Source: Tagaea sp.
GTDB taxonomy: Bacteria > Pseudomonadota > Alphaproteobacteria > CACIAM-22H2
Length of the DNA: 64,000 bases
Assembly (NCBI GenBank): GCA_044378015.1
Contig: JBILXZ010000016.1
Span: 1,771 to 65,770 of the forward strand
Direction of reading: 5' to 3'
The stretch's first letter is position 1; every line of letters starts with the position of its first letter. This document shows, one piece after another, positions 54,997 to 64,000 of this stretch. The translations under genes were made by a program, and so were the position numbers. The notes beneath the pieces were generated by a model. The model made no database searches. It was not told the origin of the DNA and saw nothing but the letters and a program-made list of their open reading frames with translations.

Positions 54997-56520
54997 ATGA
55001 CAGCCGCCGACTACGCCCGCGAAACCGCCCGCCTGCTCGCGAAGCTCGGCGTGGACCAAGCCGCCTTCTCCAACGGGAAGCGCCTCGTGCGCACGCCGAT
55101 TACGGGCGAAACGATCGGTTTCGTGACCGATGCGGACGCGAAAAGAACCTCGGCCGCGATCGAAACCGCGCATGCGGCGTATCTTGTCTGGCGCCTGGTG
55201 CCGGCCCCGCGGCGCGGCGAGCTTGTGCGGCTGTTCGGCGACGAATTGCGCGCGCACAAAGAAGAGCTCGGACGGCTCGTGTCGATCGAGGTCGGCAAGA
55301 TCGCGTCCGAAGGGCAAGGCGAAGTGCAGGAGATGATCGACATTTGCGACTTCGCGGTCGGCGTGTCGCGCCAGCTCTACGGCCTCACCATCGCGACAGA
55401 GCGCGCGCAGCATCGCATGATGGAAACCTGGCATCCGCTGGGCGTGGTCGGCATCGTCTCGGCTTTCAATTTCCCCGTTGCGGTGTGGGCGTGGAATGCG
55501 GCGCTGGCGCTCGTGTGCGGCAACGCGATCGTGTGGAAACCGTCGGAGAAAACGCCGCTCACCGCCCTTGCGACGCAAGCCCTGTTCGCGCGCGCGGTCG
55601 AGAAGTTCGGCGGCGCACCGGCGGGCTTGTCGGCTTTGTTGCCCGGCGGGCGCGACGTGGGTCAAGCGCTCGTGGACGATGCAAGAGTAGCCCTCGTCTC
55701 GGCGACCGGCTCGACCGCGATGGGCCGCGCCGTGGCGCCGCGCGTGGCGCAGCGCTTCGGGCGCGTGCTGCTCGAACTCGGCGGCAACAATGCCGCCATC
55801 GTCGCCCCGAGTGCGGATCTCCATCTTGCCGTGCGCGGCCTTGCCTTCGCCGCGATGGGCACGGCCGGCCAACGCTGCACCACGCTGCGGCGGCTGTTCG
55901 TGCATTCCGCGATCTACGACGCGTTGATCGGACGGCTCCGCCAAGCCTATCTCTCGGTCGGCATCGGCGATCCGCTCGCCCCCGGCACGCTCGTGGGGCC
56001 GCTCGTCGACAAGGCCGCGTTCGACGCGATGCAGGCCGCCCTTGCCCGAGCGGCAGCGCTCGGCGGCAAGGCGACGGGGGGTGCGCGCGTGGCGGACGGC
56101 TTTGCCGCCGACGCCTTTTACGTGCGCCCCGCGCTTGTGGAAATGCCGGACCAGATCGGTCCCGTTCTCGAAGAGACGTTCGCCCCCATCCTCTACGCGA
56201 TGCGCTACGACGATCTCGACGAAGCCATCGCGAAACACAATGCGGTAGCGCAAGGCCTTTCCTCGTCGATCTTCACCAACGATCTGCGCGAGGCCGAGCT
56301 TTTTCTCTCCGCGCGCGGGTCCGATTGCGGCATCGCCAACGTCAATATCGGCCCGTCGGGAGCCGAAATCGGCGGCGCTTTCGGCGGCGAGAAGGAAACC
56401 GGCGGCGGGCGCGAGTCGGGCTCGGATTCGTGGCGCGCCTACATGCGGCGGGCCACCAACACGGTCAATTACGGCAGCGCGCTGCCGCTCGCGCAAGGCG
56501 TGAAATTCGACATCGGCTAA
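54997..56520 (+). CDS. ALDH7-type aldehyde dehydrogenase (piperideine-6-carboxylate dehydrogenase / AmaB-like)
   Basis: GEVQEMIDICDFAVG, FNFPVAVW, LELGGNNA, GTAGQRCT, EETFAPIL, GGEKETGGGRESGSD. Confidence 0.88.
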   Translation: MTAADYARETARLLAKLGVDQAAFSNGKRLVRTPITGETIGFVTDADAKRTSAAIETAHAAYLVWRLVPAPRRGELVRLFGDELRAHKEELGRLVSIEVGKIASEGQGEVQEMIDICDFAVGVSRQLYGLTIATERAQHRMMETWHPLGVVGIVSAFNFPVAVWAWNAALALVCGNAIVWKPSEKTPLTALATQALFARAVEKFGGAPAGLSALLPGGRDVGQALVDDARVALVSATGSTAMGRAVAPRVAQRFGRVLLELGGNNAAIVAPSADLHLAVRGLAFAAMGTAGQRCTTLRRLFVHSAIYDALIGRLRQAYLSVGIGDPLAPGTLVGPLVDKAAFDAMQAALARAAALGGKATGGARVADGFAADAFYVRPALVEMPDQIGPVLEETFAPILYAMRYDDLDEAIAKHNAVAQGLSSSIFTNDLREAELFLSARGSDCGIANVNIGPSGAEIGGAFGGEKETGGGRESGSDSWRAYMRRATNTVNYGSALPLAQGVKFDIG

Positions 56521-57221
56521 AGCTCGAGATAGGTTTTGCGGGCGGCGGCGTCGGCCATCAAGGCGGCCATGGTGCCCGCGTAGCGCACCTGGCCCTTCTC
56601 GAGGATGATTGCGCGGTCGGCGAGCCGCATCGCGAAATGCAGATTCTGCTCGCACAGGAGGACGGAAAGTCCGTCGCGCTTGAGGGCGGCGATGGCCGCC
56701 TCCATCTGCTCGACGATCAGGGGGGCGAGCCCTTCGGAGGGTTCGTCGAGCAGCAGCATCTTGGGATTGCCCATCAGCGTGCGCGCGACGGCCAGCATCT
56801 GCTGCTCGCCGCCCGACATGCGCCCGCCCGGCCGGTCGATCAGCGTTTCGAGATTGGGGAACAGATCGAACAGGCGCGCGTGCGTCCACGGCTCGAAACC
56901 CTCGCGCGGCGCGCGGCGCGCGACCTCGAGATTCTCGCGCACCGTGAGGTCCGCGAAAATCCGCCGCTCCTCGGGCACGTAGCCGAGGCCCAGGCGCGCG
57001 ATGCGATAGGAGGCTTGGCCCGCGATCGCGGCGCCGTCGAACACGACGCGCCCGCGCGTCGGCGGGACCAGGCCCAGGATCGCCTTCAGCGTCGTCGATT
57101 TGCCGGCACCGTTGCGACCCAAGAGGGCGACAACTTCGCCCGCCGCCACGTCGAGCGACACGCCCGACAGGATCTGCGCGCGGCCGTAGCTTGCCGAAAG
57201 ATCGCGAACTTCGAGCATCAT
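56517..57221 (-). CDS. livF: Branched-chain amino acid ABC ATPase (LivF-like)
   Basis: GRNGAGKST, VPEERRIF, MSGGEQQM, DEPSEGL. Confidence 0.85.
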   Translation of the reverse strand: MMLEVRDLSASYGRAQILSGVSLDVAAGEVVALLGRNGAGKSTTLKAILGLVPPTRGRVVFDGAAIAGQASYRIARLGLGYVPEERRIFADLTVRENLEVARRAPREGFEPWTHARLFDLFPNLETLIDRPGGRMSGGEQQMLAVARTLMGNPKMLLLDEPSEGLAPLIVEQMEAAIAALKRDGLSVLLCEQNLHFAMRLADRAIILEKGQVRYAGTMAALMADAAARKTYLEL

Positions 57222-57979
57222 GCCTGTTCGCCGTACATGGTGCCCGCACCCAGATAGACGCGGCGCACGTCGGGATCGCCGCGCACCGCCTCCGGGCTGC
57301 CTTCGGCGATCAGGCGGCCCCGGTCCATCACGAGGATGCGGCCGGCATGCGCGAAAACCGTGTCCATGTCGTGCTCGGTGAAAAGAACGCCGATCTTGTC
57401 GCGGCGCGCGAGGCCGGCGGCCAGCGCCATCAGCGCAAGGCGCTCGGCGGGCGCCATGCCGGCCGTGGGCTCGTCCATCAGCAGAAGGCGGGGCTTGCCC
57501 GCAAGCGCCACCGCCAGCTCGACGCGCTTGAGATCGCCGTAGGCAAGCGTGCCGCAGAGCCGTTCGGCCTGGTCGGCCATGCCCACGCGCGCGAGGAGTG
57601 CCAGCGCTTCGTCGCGAAAGAGCGCGTCCGCCGAGCGCCACAGGCCCCAGCTTTTGCCCGCGAACGACTGCAGCGCGACCTGCACGTTCTCGCGCACGCG
57701 CATCGAAGCGAACGTCGCCGTGATCTGGAAAGTGCGGCCCACGCCCAGGCGCGCGATCGCGCGCGGCGGCAGTCCCGCGATGTCTTCGCCCGCCAGCAGG
57801 ACAGCACCGCGATCCGGGGCAAGCTGGCCGTTCAGCATGTTGAAGCACGTGCTCTTGCCTGCCCCGTTGGGGCCGATCAGCGCCACGACCTCGCCGGGCG
57901 CCACCGCAAAGCCCACATCGACGACGGCTTCCACGCCGCCGAAGGCTTTGCGCAGGCCCTTTGCGACGAGCAGACTCAT
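57218..57979 (-). CDS. livG: Branched-chain amino acid ABC ATPase (LivG-like)
   Basis: GPNGAGKST, GRTFQ, DEPTAGM, EHDM. Confidence 0.85.
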   Translation of the reverse strand: MSLLVAKGLRKAFGGVEAVVDVGFAVAPGEVVALIGPNGAGKSTCFNMLNGQLAPDRGAVLLAGEDIAGLPPRAIARLGVGRTFQITATFASMRVRENVQVALQSFAGKSWGLWRSADALFRDEALALLARVGMADQAERLCGTLAYGDLKRVELAVALAGKPRLLLMDEPTAGMAPAERLALMALAAGLARRDKIGVLFTEHDMDTVFAHAGRILVMDRGRLIAEGSPEAVRGDPDVRRVYLGAGTMYGEQA

Positions 57980-59856
57980 GCCGCGCCCCGCAGGCGCTTC
58001 AGCGCCCCGCCGAGCCCGTGCGGGAAAGCGAGCACGAGCGCGAGGATCGAAAGCCCCAGGATCGCGCGCCAATACTGCGTGTTGCGCGCGATTTCGTCGT
58101 GCAGCCAGGTGAAGACGGCGGCACCCAGAACGGGGCCGGTCAAAGTCTGCACGCCGCCCAGCAGCACCATCGCCAGCCCGTCGACCGAGCGCGCGACGCC
58201 GAGCGTGTCGGGCGAAATGCTGCCTTTGGCGAACGCGAACAGCCCGCCCGCAAGCCCCGCGATTGCGCCGCTCAGCGCGAAAGCGAGCCACTGCACGCGG
58301 CGCACGTCGATGCCGATCGCCTCGGCGCGCATCGGCTGGTCGCGCGCGGCGCGCAAGGCAAGCCCGAAGGGCGCGTGCACCGTGCGCCACAGCAAGAAGA
58401 TACCGGCCGCGCACAGCGCCAGTGTCGCCCAGAAATAGAGTGTGCGGTCTTTGAGCGCGCCCGCGGGCCACAGGCCGATCAGACCGTTCGAACCGCCGGT
58501 CGCGTCGTTCCACTGGAACACGACCGACCATGCGATCTGCGCGAAGGCCAGCGTGAGCATCGCAAGATAGACCCCGCTCAGCCGCACGCAGAACCAGCCG
58601 AACAGCAGCGCCGCCGCCCCGCCCGCCAGCGGCGCCGCCAGCAGCGCGGCTTCGGCCGGCAGGTCGAGCCGCAGGAAAACCAGCGCCGCGGCGTAGCTGC
58701 CGAGCCCGAAATAGGCGGCATGGCCGAACGACACGAGCCCCCCCGGCCCCATCAGGAAGTGCAAAGACACGGCGAACAGCGCGAACACCGCGATGTCGCC
58801 CGCCAGCACCGGCAAATAGCGGTCGCCGCCGAGCGGAACGAGGGCCAGCAGCACCAGCACGAAGAACGACGAGGGCCAAAAGAGCGGTCCCGGCGGATCG
58901 AGCGCCGCCGCATGCGCGCCCGCACCGCGCGGGACGGCAAGCGGTTTGCCGAGCAGCCCCCACGGCCGCAGAACGAGCACCGCCGCCATGATCGCGAACT
59001 CGACGACGAGCGTGAGCTTGCTGAACGACACGGTCGTGCCGAACATCGCGACGTCGCCCAAAGCGATGCACAAGGCTTTGGCCTGCGCGATCAGCAGAGC
59101 GGCGAGAAACGCGCCGCCGACCGAGCCCATGCCGCCGACGACGACGACCACGAACGCGTCCGAGATGACCGCGATATCCAGCGACAGCTGGGCCGGCTCG
59201 CGCGGGATCTGCAGCGCGCCGCCGAGCCCCGCCAGAAACGCGCCGAGGAAAAACACGGACGTGAACAGGCGCCGCTCGTCGGTGCCCAACGCCGCCAGCA
59301 TTTCGCGGTCCTGCGTGGCCGCGCGCACGAACATTCCGTAGCGCGTGCGGTGCAAGAGCAGCCACAGGAGCGCCAGCACGGTCGGGCCCGCAGCGATCAG
59401 CAAGAGATCGTATTCGGGAAAGCGGCGCCCGAAGATTTCGACGGCCCCGCGCAAGCCGGGCGCGCGCGGCCCCAGCAATTCCTCGGCCCCCCAGAAATAC
59501 AGAACGGCGTCTTTGACCACCAGCACGAGCGCGAATGTCGCGAGCAGCTGGAACAGTTCGGGCGCCTTGTAGATGCGCCGCAGCACCGCGATCTCGATCG
59601 CAGCGCCGACGGCGCCCACGCACAAGGCAGCGGCCAGAACCCCACCCCAGAAGCCGAAAACCGTGCTGCGCCCGAAAAGATCGATGAGGCTCCAGGCGAG
59701 ATAGAGGCCGAGCATGAACAAGGCGCCGTGCGCGAAGTTGACGATGCGCGTGACGCCGAAAATCAGCGACAGGCCCGCCGCCACCAGAAACAGCGACGAG
59801 GCGCCCGCCAACCCGTTCAGAAACTGGATCAGGATGTCGGCGAAGAGGTCCGACAC
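57976..59856 (-). CDS. Fused LivH-LivM branched-chain amino acid ABC permease
   Basis: NFAHG, RAATQD and GGMGS (LivH half), then SFGHAAYFG, TGGSNG, LGGVQT (LivM half); GTG start. Confidence 0.85.
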   Translation of the reverse strand: MSDLFADILIQFLNGLAGASSLFLVAAGLSLIFGVTRIVNFAHGALFMLGLYLAWSLIDLFGRSTVFGFWGGVLAAALCVGAVGAAIEIAVLRRIYKAPELFQLLATFALVLVVKDAVLYFWGAEELLGPRAPGLRGAVEIFGRRFPEYDLLLIAAGPTVLALLWLLLHRTRYGMFVRAATQDREMLAALGTDERRLFTSVFFLGAFLAGLGGALQIPREPAQLSLDIAVISDAFVVVVVGGMGSVGGAFLAALLIAQAKALCIALGDVAMFGTTVSFSKLTLVVEFAIMAAVLVLRPWGLLGKPLAVPRGAGAHAAALDPPGPLFWPSSFFVLVLLALVPLGGDRYLPVLAGDIAVFALFAVSLHFLMGPGGLVSFGHAAYFGLGSYAAALVFLRLDLPAEAALLAAPLAGGAAALLFGWFCVRLSGVYLAMLTLAFAQIAWSVVFQWNDATGGSNGLIGLWPAGALKDRTLYFWATLALCAAGIFLLWRTVHAPFGLALRAARDQPMRAEAIGIDVRRVQWLAFALSGAIAGLAGGLFAFAKGSISPDTLGVARSVDGLAMVLLGGVQTLTGPVLGAAVFTWLHDEIARNTQYWRAILGLSILALVLAFPHGLGGALKRLRGAA

Positions 59857-59867
59857 GAAAGACCGTC

Positions 59868-61091
59868 CTATTCGGGCGGGCGCAAGCTGCGGACCTCGGC
59901 GTCCGGCGGCAGATAGTCCGCCCCGTCCGCGTAGCGCCAGTCGGTCATCACGCCCTTGCCGTTGCGAAGGCCGATGCGGCCGACATAGGCGCCCATCGTC
60001 GATTGGTGGTCGAGGGCGCGGTAGACGATGCGCCCGAACGGCGTGCCGTGCGCGAGGCCCTTCATGGCATCGACGATCTTTTCGGGCTCGAGCGAGCCTG
60101 CCTTGCGGATCGCCTCGGCGGCGCCGACGACGGCCGCGTAGCCCACGACCGAGCCCAGGCGCGGATAGTCGCGGAACTTCGCCTGGTAGCCCGCGAGGAA
60201 CCGGTCGTGCTCGGGCGTCTTGATGTCCTGCCACGGATAGCCGGTCACGTACCAGCCGACCGGCGCTTCGTCGAGCAGCGGGTCGAGATATTCGGGCTCG
60301 CCCGCGAGCAGGTTGAAGACCTCGACGTTGCGGAAGAGACCGCGCGTGGTGCCCTCGCGCACGAAGCGCGACAGGTCGGGGCCGAACAGCGACGAGAAGA
60401 TCGCTTCGGGCCTCGCCGCCTGCAGAGCGGCCGCGACCGGCCCCGCTTCGATGCGGCCCAAGGGCGTTGCCTGCTCGGCCACGAACTCGATGTTCGGCTG
60501 GCGCGCCTGCATGAGCCTCTTGAAGGCCGCCGTCGCCGATTGGCCGTATTCGTAGTTCGGGTAGACGATGGCCCAGCGGCGCTTGGCGACGCGCACGGCG
60601 TCGGGCACCAGCATGGCGGTCTGCATGTAGGTCGAAGCGCGCAGTCGAAACGTGTAGCGGTTGCCCTGTTCCCACACGATCTTGTCGGTGAGCGGCTCGG
60701 ACGCGAGGAACGGCACTTTGCGCTCTTTGGCGAAGCTCGAGACGGCGAGGCCGACATTCGACGCGAACGTGCCCATCAGCAGCGACACGCGCTCGCGCGC
60801 CAGCAGTTCTTCGGCCACGCGCACCGCGTCGCCGGGCTGGCCATTGTCGTCTCGCACGACGATCTCGATCGGCCGGCCCAAAGCCCCGCCGCCCGCGTTG
60901 ATCTCGTCGACCGCAAGCTCCATGCCCTTCTTGTAGGGCTCGAGGAACGCGGCGAACATTTTGTAGGAATTCAGCTCGCCGATGCGAATGGGCGCCCGCG
61001 CCTGCGCCGTTGCGCCCTGGGCCATGGCGCGGGGTGCGGCCAAAGCGGCGGCGGCGGCGCCCCCGATTTTCAGCACATGCCTGCGGTCCAT
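59868..61091 (-). CDS. Tat-exported branched-chain amino acid ABC substrate-binding protein
   Basis: MDRRHVL Tat signal; RIGELNSY, EINAGGG, RDDNG, PNYEYG. Confidence 0.87.
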   Translation of the reverse strand: MDRRHVLKIGGAAAAALAAPRAMAQGATAQARAPIRIGELNSYKMFAAFLEPYKKGMELAVDEINAGGGALGRPIEIVVRDDNGQPGDAVRVAEELLARERVSLLMGTFASNVGLAVSSFAKERKVPFLASEPLTDKIVWEQGNRYTFRLRASTYMQTAMLVPDAVRVAKRRWAIVYPNYEYGQSATAAFKRLMQARQPNIEFVAEQATPLGRIEAGPVAAALQAARPEAIFSSLFGPDLSRFVREGTTRGLFRNVEVFNLLAGEPEYLDPLLDEAPVGWYVTGYPWQDIKTPEHDRFLAGYQAKFRDYPRLGSVVGYAAVVGAAEAIRKAGSLEPEKIVDAMKGLAHGTPFGRIVYRALDHQSTMGAYVGRIGLRNGKGVMTDWRYADGADYLPPDAEVRSLRPPE

Positions 61092-61209
61092 TGCATCGTC
61101 TCCTTGGGCGCGAATCATCGCGACCGATTGTGGCCCGATTATGACCCAGATCGAAGCGCAATTCGACGCCCGCTGCGGCCCGCCGCCCGGCGGTTCGAAG
61201 GGCGGCCCG

Positions 61210-62706
61210 TCAGCCGAAAACCGGCCCGTGCGGACGCAGGCGCATGCCCTTGCGCAGGCGCGTCCACGCGAGGGCGGCGGGATCGGCCGGGTTAGGTCCC
61301 GGCGCCTCGACGACCAGCACCTCTTCGGCGATCGGCTGGAAATCGGCGCGGAAATGCACCGAGCTTTTGACAGCGACGATCTTTTCGCGGATCGGCTCGA
61401 TGCCGACATGGCGGAACATTTCCTGGTCCGCCGTCTGCACCTTTTTGCTCGCGAGCACGACGCGAATGCCGTTCGCTTCGAGCACCGCCATCGGCCCCAG
61501 CTGCATGCGGCTGCCGCCGTAGAAAGGGCCCGTGCACATGAATGCGCCGTCGCCGGTCGCCAGAACTTTGAAGGCGCCGACGACCGGCGCGACGCCCGGC
61601 CAGCCGTACAAAGCGCCCAAGCGGAATTCCGCGCTGTTGCCGGTCCCAACTTGGTGCGCTTGGGCTGCGGCCGCGGGATCGATCAGCATGCCGAGCACCG
61701 CGCCTTGCGGGCGCAAGCGCAGCATCGCCGCCAGCAGCCCGGTCGTGTCGCCGTTGCCGCCCGCACCGGGATTGTCTTGCGTATCGGCCAGCACGACCGG
61801 CTTGCCGTTGCGTCCGCCGCGGGCGGCCGCGCGCGCGACCGCGTCTTCGGGCGAAAAGAGTTCGGCCGCATAGTCGCGCTCGGCCTCGCACACGCCCGCC
61901 GACAGCTCGGCGACGGCAGCCTCGGCTGCGGCCGCATTGGGCGCGAAGCCGAACACCGACGGCGCGCAGTCGCGAATGTCGGCCGCCGGAAAACCAGTGC
62001 AGTAGGAAAGCACGGCGCCGCTGCGGGCCTCGATCTCGGCCAAACGCCGATAGAGACCTGCGCCGGGCTCGATCAGCGAGCATTGCGCCGTCAACGGGAT
62101 CATGAACGGTATCTGCCGAAAAGCGCCCGCAAACCGCTCGCCGGTGGCGAGTATCCGCGCGACCAGCGCGAATGCGCGCCCGCCGGTTTCGGCCATGTCG
62201 ACATGCGGGTAGGTGCGGTAGGCGACGCACGCGTCGACGCAGTCGAACATGGCGCGCGACACGTTGGCATGCAGATCGAGCGACACGACCACGGGGATGC
62301 GCGGTCCCACGACAGCCCGCACGCGGCGGACGATTTCGCCCTCGCCGTCTTCGAGCGAGTCGGTCACCATCGCGCCGTGCAGGTCGAGATAGACCGCGTC
62401 GACCGGCAGCGCGCGGGCGAGATCGGCGCACATCGCCTCGACGATTTCGGCGAAGACGTCGTCGGCGACATGGGCCGAGGGCGTCGCGTTGGCGCAGATC
62501 AGCGGGGCGAGCCTGTGGCCAGCGGCTGCAGCGGCGGCGATGAAGCCCGCGATCGGCACGTTCATCCCCGCGAACGCCGCCGGAATGGCAGCGCCGCGCA
62601 CCATGGAAGGCCAGCCGCCGCCTTCGACAAAAGCCGCGCGATCCGCCTTTGCGGGCGCAAACGTGTTGGTCTCGTGCTGGAAAGTTCCGACCGCGATCGT
62701 CGCCAT
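61210..62706 (-). CDS. M81 family metallopeptidase (MlrC-like)
   Basis: FQHETNTF, LDLHGAM, LDLHANV, YRTYPHVD, DTQDNPGAG, VKSSVHFRADF; RBS AAGGA. Confidence 0.9.
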   Translation of the reverse strand: MATIAVGTFQHETNTFAPAKADRAAFVEGGGWPSMVRGAAIPAAFAGMNVPIAGFIAAAAAAGHRLAPLICANATPSAHVADDVFAEIVEAMCADLARALPVDAVYLDLHGAMVTDSLEDGEGEIVRRVRAVVGPRIPVVVSLDLHANVSRAMFDCVDACVAYRTYPHVDMAETGGRAFALVARILATGERFAGAFRQIPFMIPLTAQCSLIEPGAGLYRRLAEIEARSGAVLSYCTGFPAADIRDCAPSVFGFAPNAAAAEAAVAELSAGVCEAERDYAAELFSPEDAVARAAARGGRNGKPVVLADTQDNPGAGGNGDTTGLLAAMLRLRPQGAVLGMLIDPAAAAQAHQVGTGNSAEFRLGALYGWPGVAPVVGAFKVLATGDGAFMCTGPFYGGSRMQLGPMAVLEANGIRVVLASKKVQTADQEMFRHVGIEPIREKIVAVKSSVHFRADFQPIAEEVLVVEAPGPNPADPAALAWTRLRKGMRLRPHGPVFG

Positions 62707-62766
62707 TGCCAGTCCTTCGCGTTTCCCTGTTTCGAGGCGAGAGCATGATTTATTGGCACGAAAGCA

Positions 62767-62786
62767 TATCCCGAGTTGACGGGATA
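62767..62786. promoter_or_regulatory. Inverted repeat upstream of mlrC, possible operator
   Basis: TATCCCG-AGTTGA-CGGGATA. Confidence 0.35.
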
Positions 62787-63048
62787 GCTCGCGCATTCGG
62801 CGCGCATCCGGTATGCCGCGACGGACGCGTCGGCGACACACGAAAATCCCGGGCCGGGGCAGCGAAAACAAGCCGAAATACCTGGCCGGAAAGACATCCG
62901 TACCCTTCGGCGGCAGGCATTTTTCGATCGCCGCGACCAGCGCATCGCAGCGGTCGAGCGACGGCTTCGCGCGCTTGGCATTTTCTTCGGCCACGAGCTT
63001 GCCGTCGGCGGCGATGCGCCTTGTGCGTGCGCAAGCGAGGAGGGCCGA

Positions 63049-63125
63049 TGGTCGGAGCGAGAGGATTCGAACCTCCGGCCCCTAGCTCCCGAAGCTAGTG
63101 CTCTACCAGGCTGAGCTACGCTCCG
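63049..63125 (-). tRNA. tRNA-Pro (anticodon CGG), 77 nt, CCA encoded
   Basis: CGGAGCG...AGCCTGGTAG...CTAGC-TT-CGG-GA-GCTAG...GGAGGTTCGAATCCTCT-CGCTCCG-ACCA. Confidence 0.97.
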
Positions 63126-63179
63126 ACCGATCGGGACGGCTCGTATAGCGCTCCTCGCTTGGGCGCGCAAGCGCCGCGC

Positions 63180-63196
63180 TTGGCATGGGGGTTGCT
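63180..63196 (+). promoter_or_regulatory. Sigma-54 (RpoN) promoter consensus
   Basis: TTGGCATGGGGGTTGCT fits YTGGCAY-N5-TTGCW. Confidence 0.55.
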
Positions 63197-63210
63197 CCGT
63201 TGGAGGGGTC

Positions 63211-63951
63211 ATGATTTCAGAAACCCGCCAGATGCCGGCCCCCCAGATGCCGCGCGTGTCCCCGCAGATCGCAAGCGCTTTGGCCGAACCCGCCAAACGC
63301 GGCAAGGCCGGCTTCGACGAGCTTTTGGCCATCGCCAACCGCGAAAGCGCGCTGAAAACCAACGCCCAAAGCAAAAACTCGACGGCGGCGGGCCTGTTCC
63401 AGTTCACCGAGCAGACCTGGTTCGACCTCGTGCGCAGCCACGGCGCCAAATACGGGATCGGGGATCTCGCCGGAAAGATCGCCAAAGACCATGCCACGGG
63501 CCGGAACGAAGTGCCGAGCCAGGACGACCGCGCGGCAATTCTTGCCCTGCGCAAGGACCCCGGAATGGCCGCCGCGATGGCGGGCGAACTCACCGAGCGG
63601 AACCGCAATTCGCTGCAGAAGGCGCTCGGCCGCGAGCCGACCTACCAGGAGGTCTACGCCGCCCATTTCCTGGGCGCGCGCGGCGCCATGCGGCTCATCA
63701 AAGCCGCCGAAGAATCGCCCGACATGCCGTCCAACAAGCTGATGCCCGCCGCCGCCAGCGCCAACCGCGCCGTGTTCCACGACCGCGAAGCGCGCCGCTA
63801 CCGCACGGCGGGCGAAGTGGCCCAGCGGCTCGAAGTGGCCCAGACTTCGACGCAGCCGGGCCGGCGCGACTATCTCGACGGCATCGCGACGGAGCGCCGC
63901 ACCCAAGCGCCCGTGCTGTCTTCGCTGCTGCAGGCGCAGCTTGCGGGCTAG
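63211..63951 (+). CDS. Lytic transglycosylase SLT-like domain protein
   Basis: IANRESA (catalytic Glu), AAGLFQFTEQTW, YAAHFLGARGA. Confidence 0.78.
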   Translation: MISETRQMPAPQMPRVSPQIASALAEPAKRGKAGFDELLAIANRESALKTNAQSKNSTAAGLFQFTEQTWFDLVRSHGAKYGIGDLAGKIAKDHATGRNEVPSQDDRAAILALRKDPGMAAAMAGELTERNRNSLQKALGREPTYQEVYAAHFLGARGAMRLIKAAEESPDMPSNKLMPAAASANRAVFHDREARRYRTAGEVAQRLEVAQTSTQPGRRDYLDGIATERRTQAPVLSSLLQAQLAG

Positions 63952-64000
63952 TAGCCGCGCTGGATCGCGAAATCCACGAGATCGACCAGCGCGCGCTTCT
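63948..64000 (-). CDS. 3' end of a CDS, probably a polyprenyl diphosphate synthase (IspB-like); partial
   Basis: Only KRALVDLVDFAIQRGY* is visible; resembles IspB C-termini. Confidence 0.45.
   Translation of the reverse strand, partial: KRALVDLVDFAIQRGY

Noticed and set aside
61210-62994. 594-aa N-terminally extended MlrC
   Set aside because: The family N-terminus (MATIAVGTFQHETNTF) and an AAGGA RBS support the start at 62706. The extension is treated separately as a possible remnant.
63049-63125. tRNA-Pro as the attachment site of an integrated island
   Set aside because: No integrase nearby, no duplicated tRNA 3' end found in the window, and the flanking genes have host-like composition.
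1-64000. CRISPR arrays, IS elements, integrases, prophage or defence genes
   Set aside because: No regularly spaced repeats, transposase or integrase motifs, terminal inverted repeats or phage genes were seen on manual reading.

Overview
A 64-kb, GC-rich chromosomal segment of an alphaproteobacterium (Shemin-pathway hemA, alpha-type CheZ, tRNA-Pro; gene content suggests Rhodospirillales, by inference). It is densely coding (about 63 CDS, 1 tRNA), and I saw no transposase, integrase, phage gene or CRISPR array. Contents in order: a partial GT4 glycosyltransferase, an IlvD/Edd dehydratase, enoyl-CoA hydratase, pyrE plus an ATPase-less peptide ABC module, manC, threonine dehydratase and a full Dpp/Opp ABC operon. 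A putative operon follows (class-III aminotransferase, hemA, glutamine-synthetase-like, Fe-ADH), then a cheZ-anchored block of unknown proteins that includes a PAS-only protein and a gene split by an in-frame TAG. Next comes a sulfur-handling neighbourhood (TusA, YeeE/YedE, a CcdA homolog lacking both redox cysteines, FccAB). The pca/pob genes are split in two by a 12-kb GntR-associated sugar-acid catabolic block with three enolase-superfamily dehydratases and visible operators. The window ends with an AT-richer patch, Fe-ADH/ALDH7, a Liv-type ABC system with MlrC, tRNA-Pro(CGG), an SLT-like protein behind a sigma-54 consensus, and the 3' end of a probable polyprenyl synthetase. Many starts were trimmed from the supplied ORF track using RBS, stop/start overlaps and family N-termini. 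Family calls come from motif recognition, not database searches.
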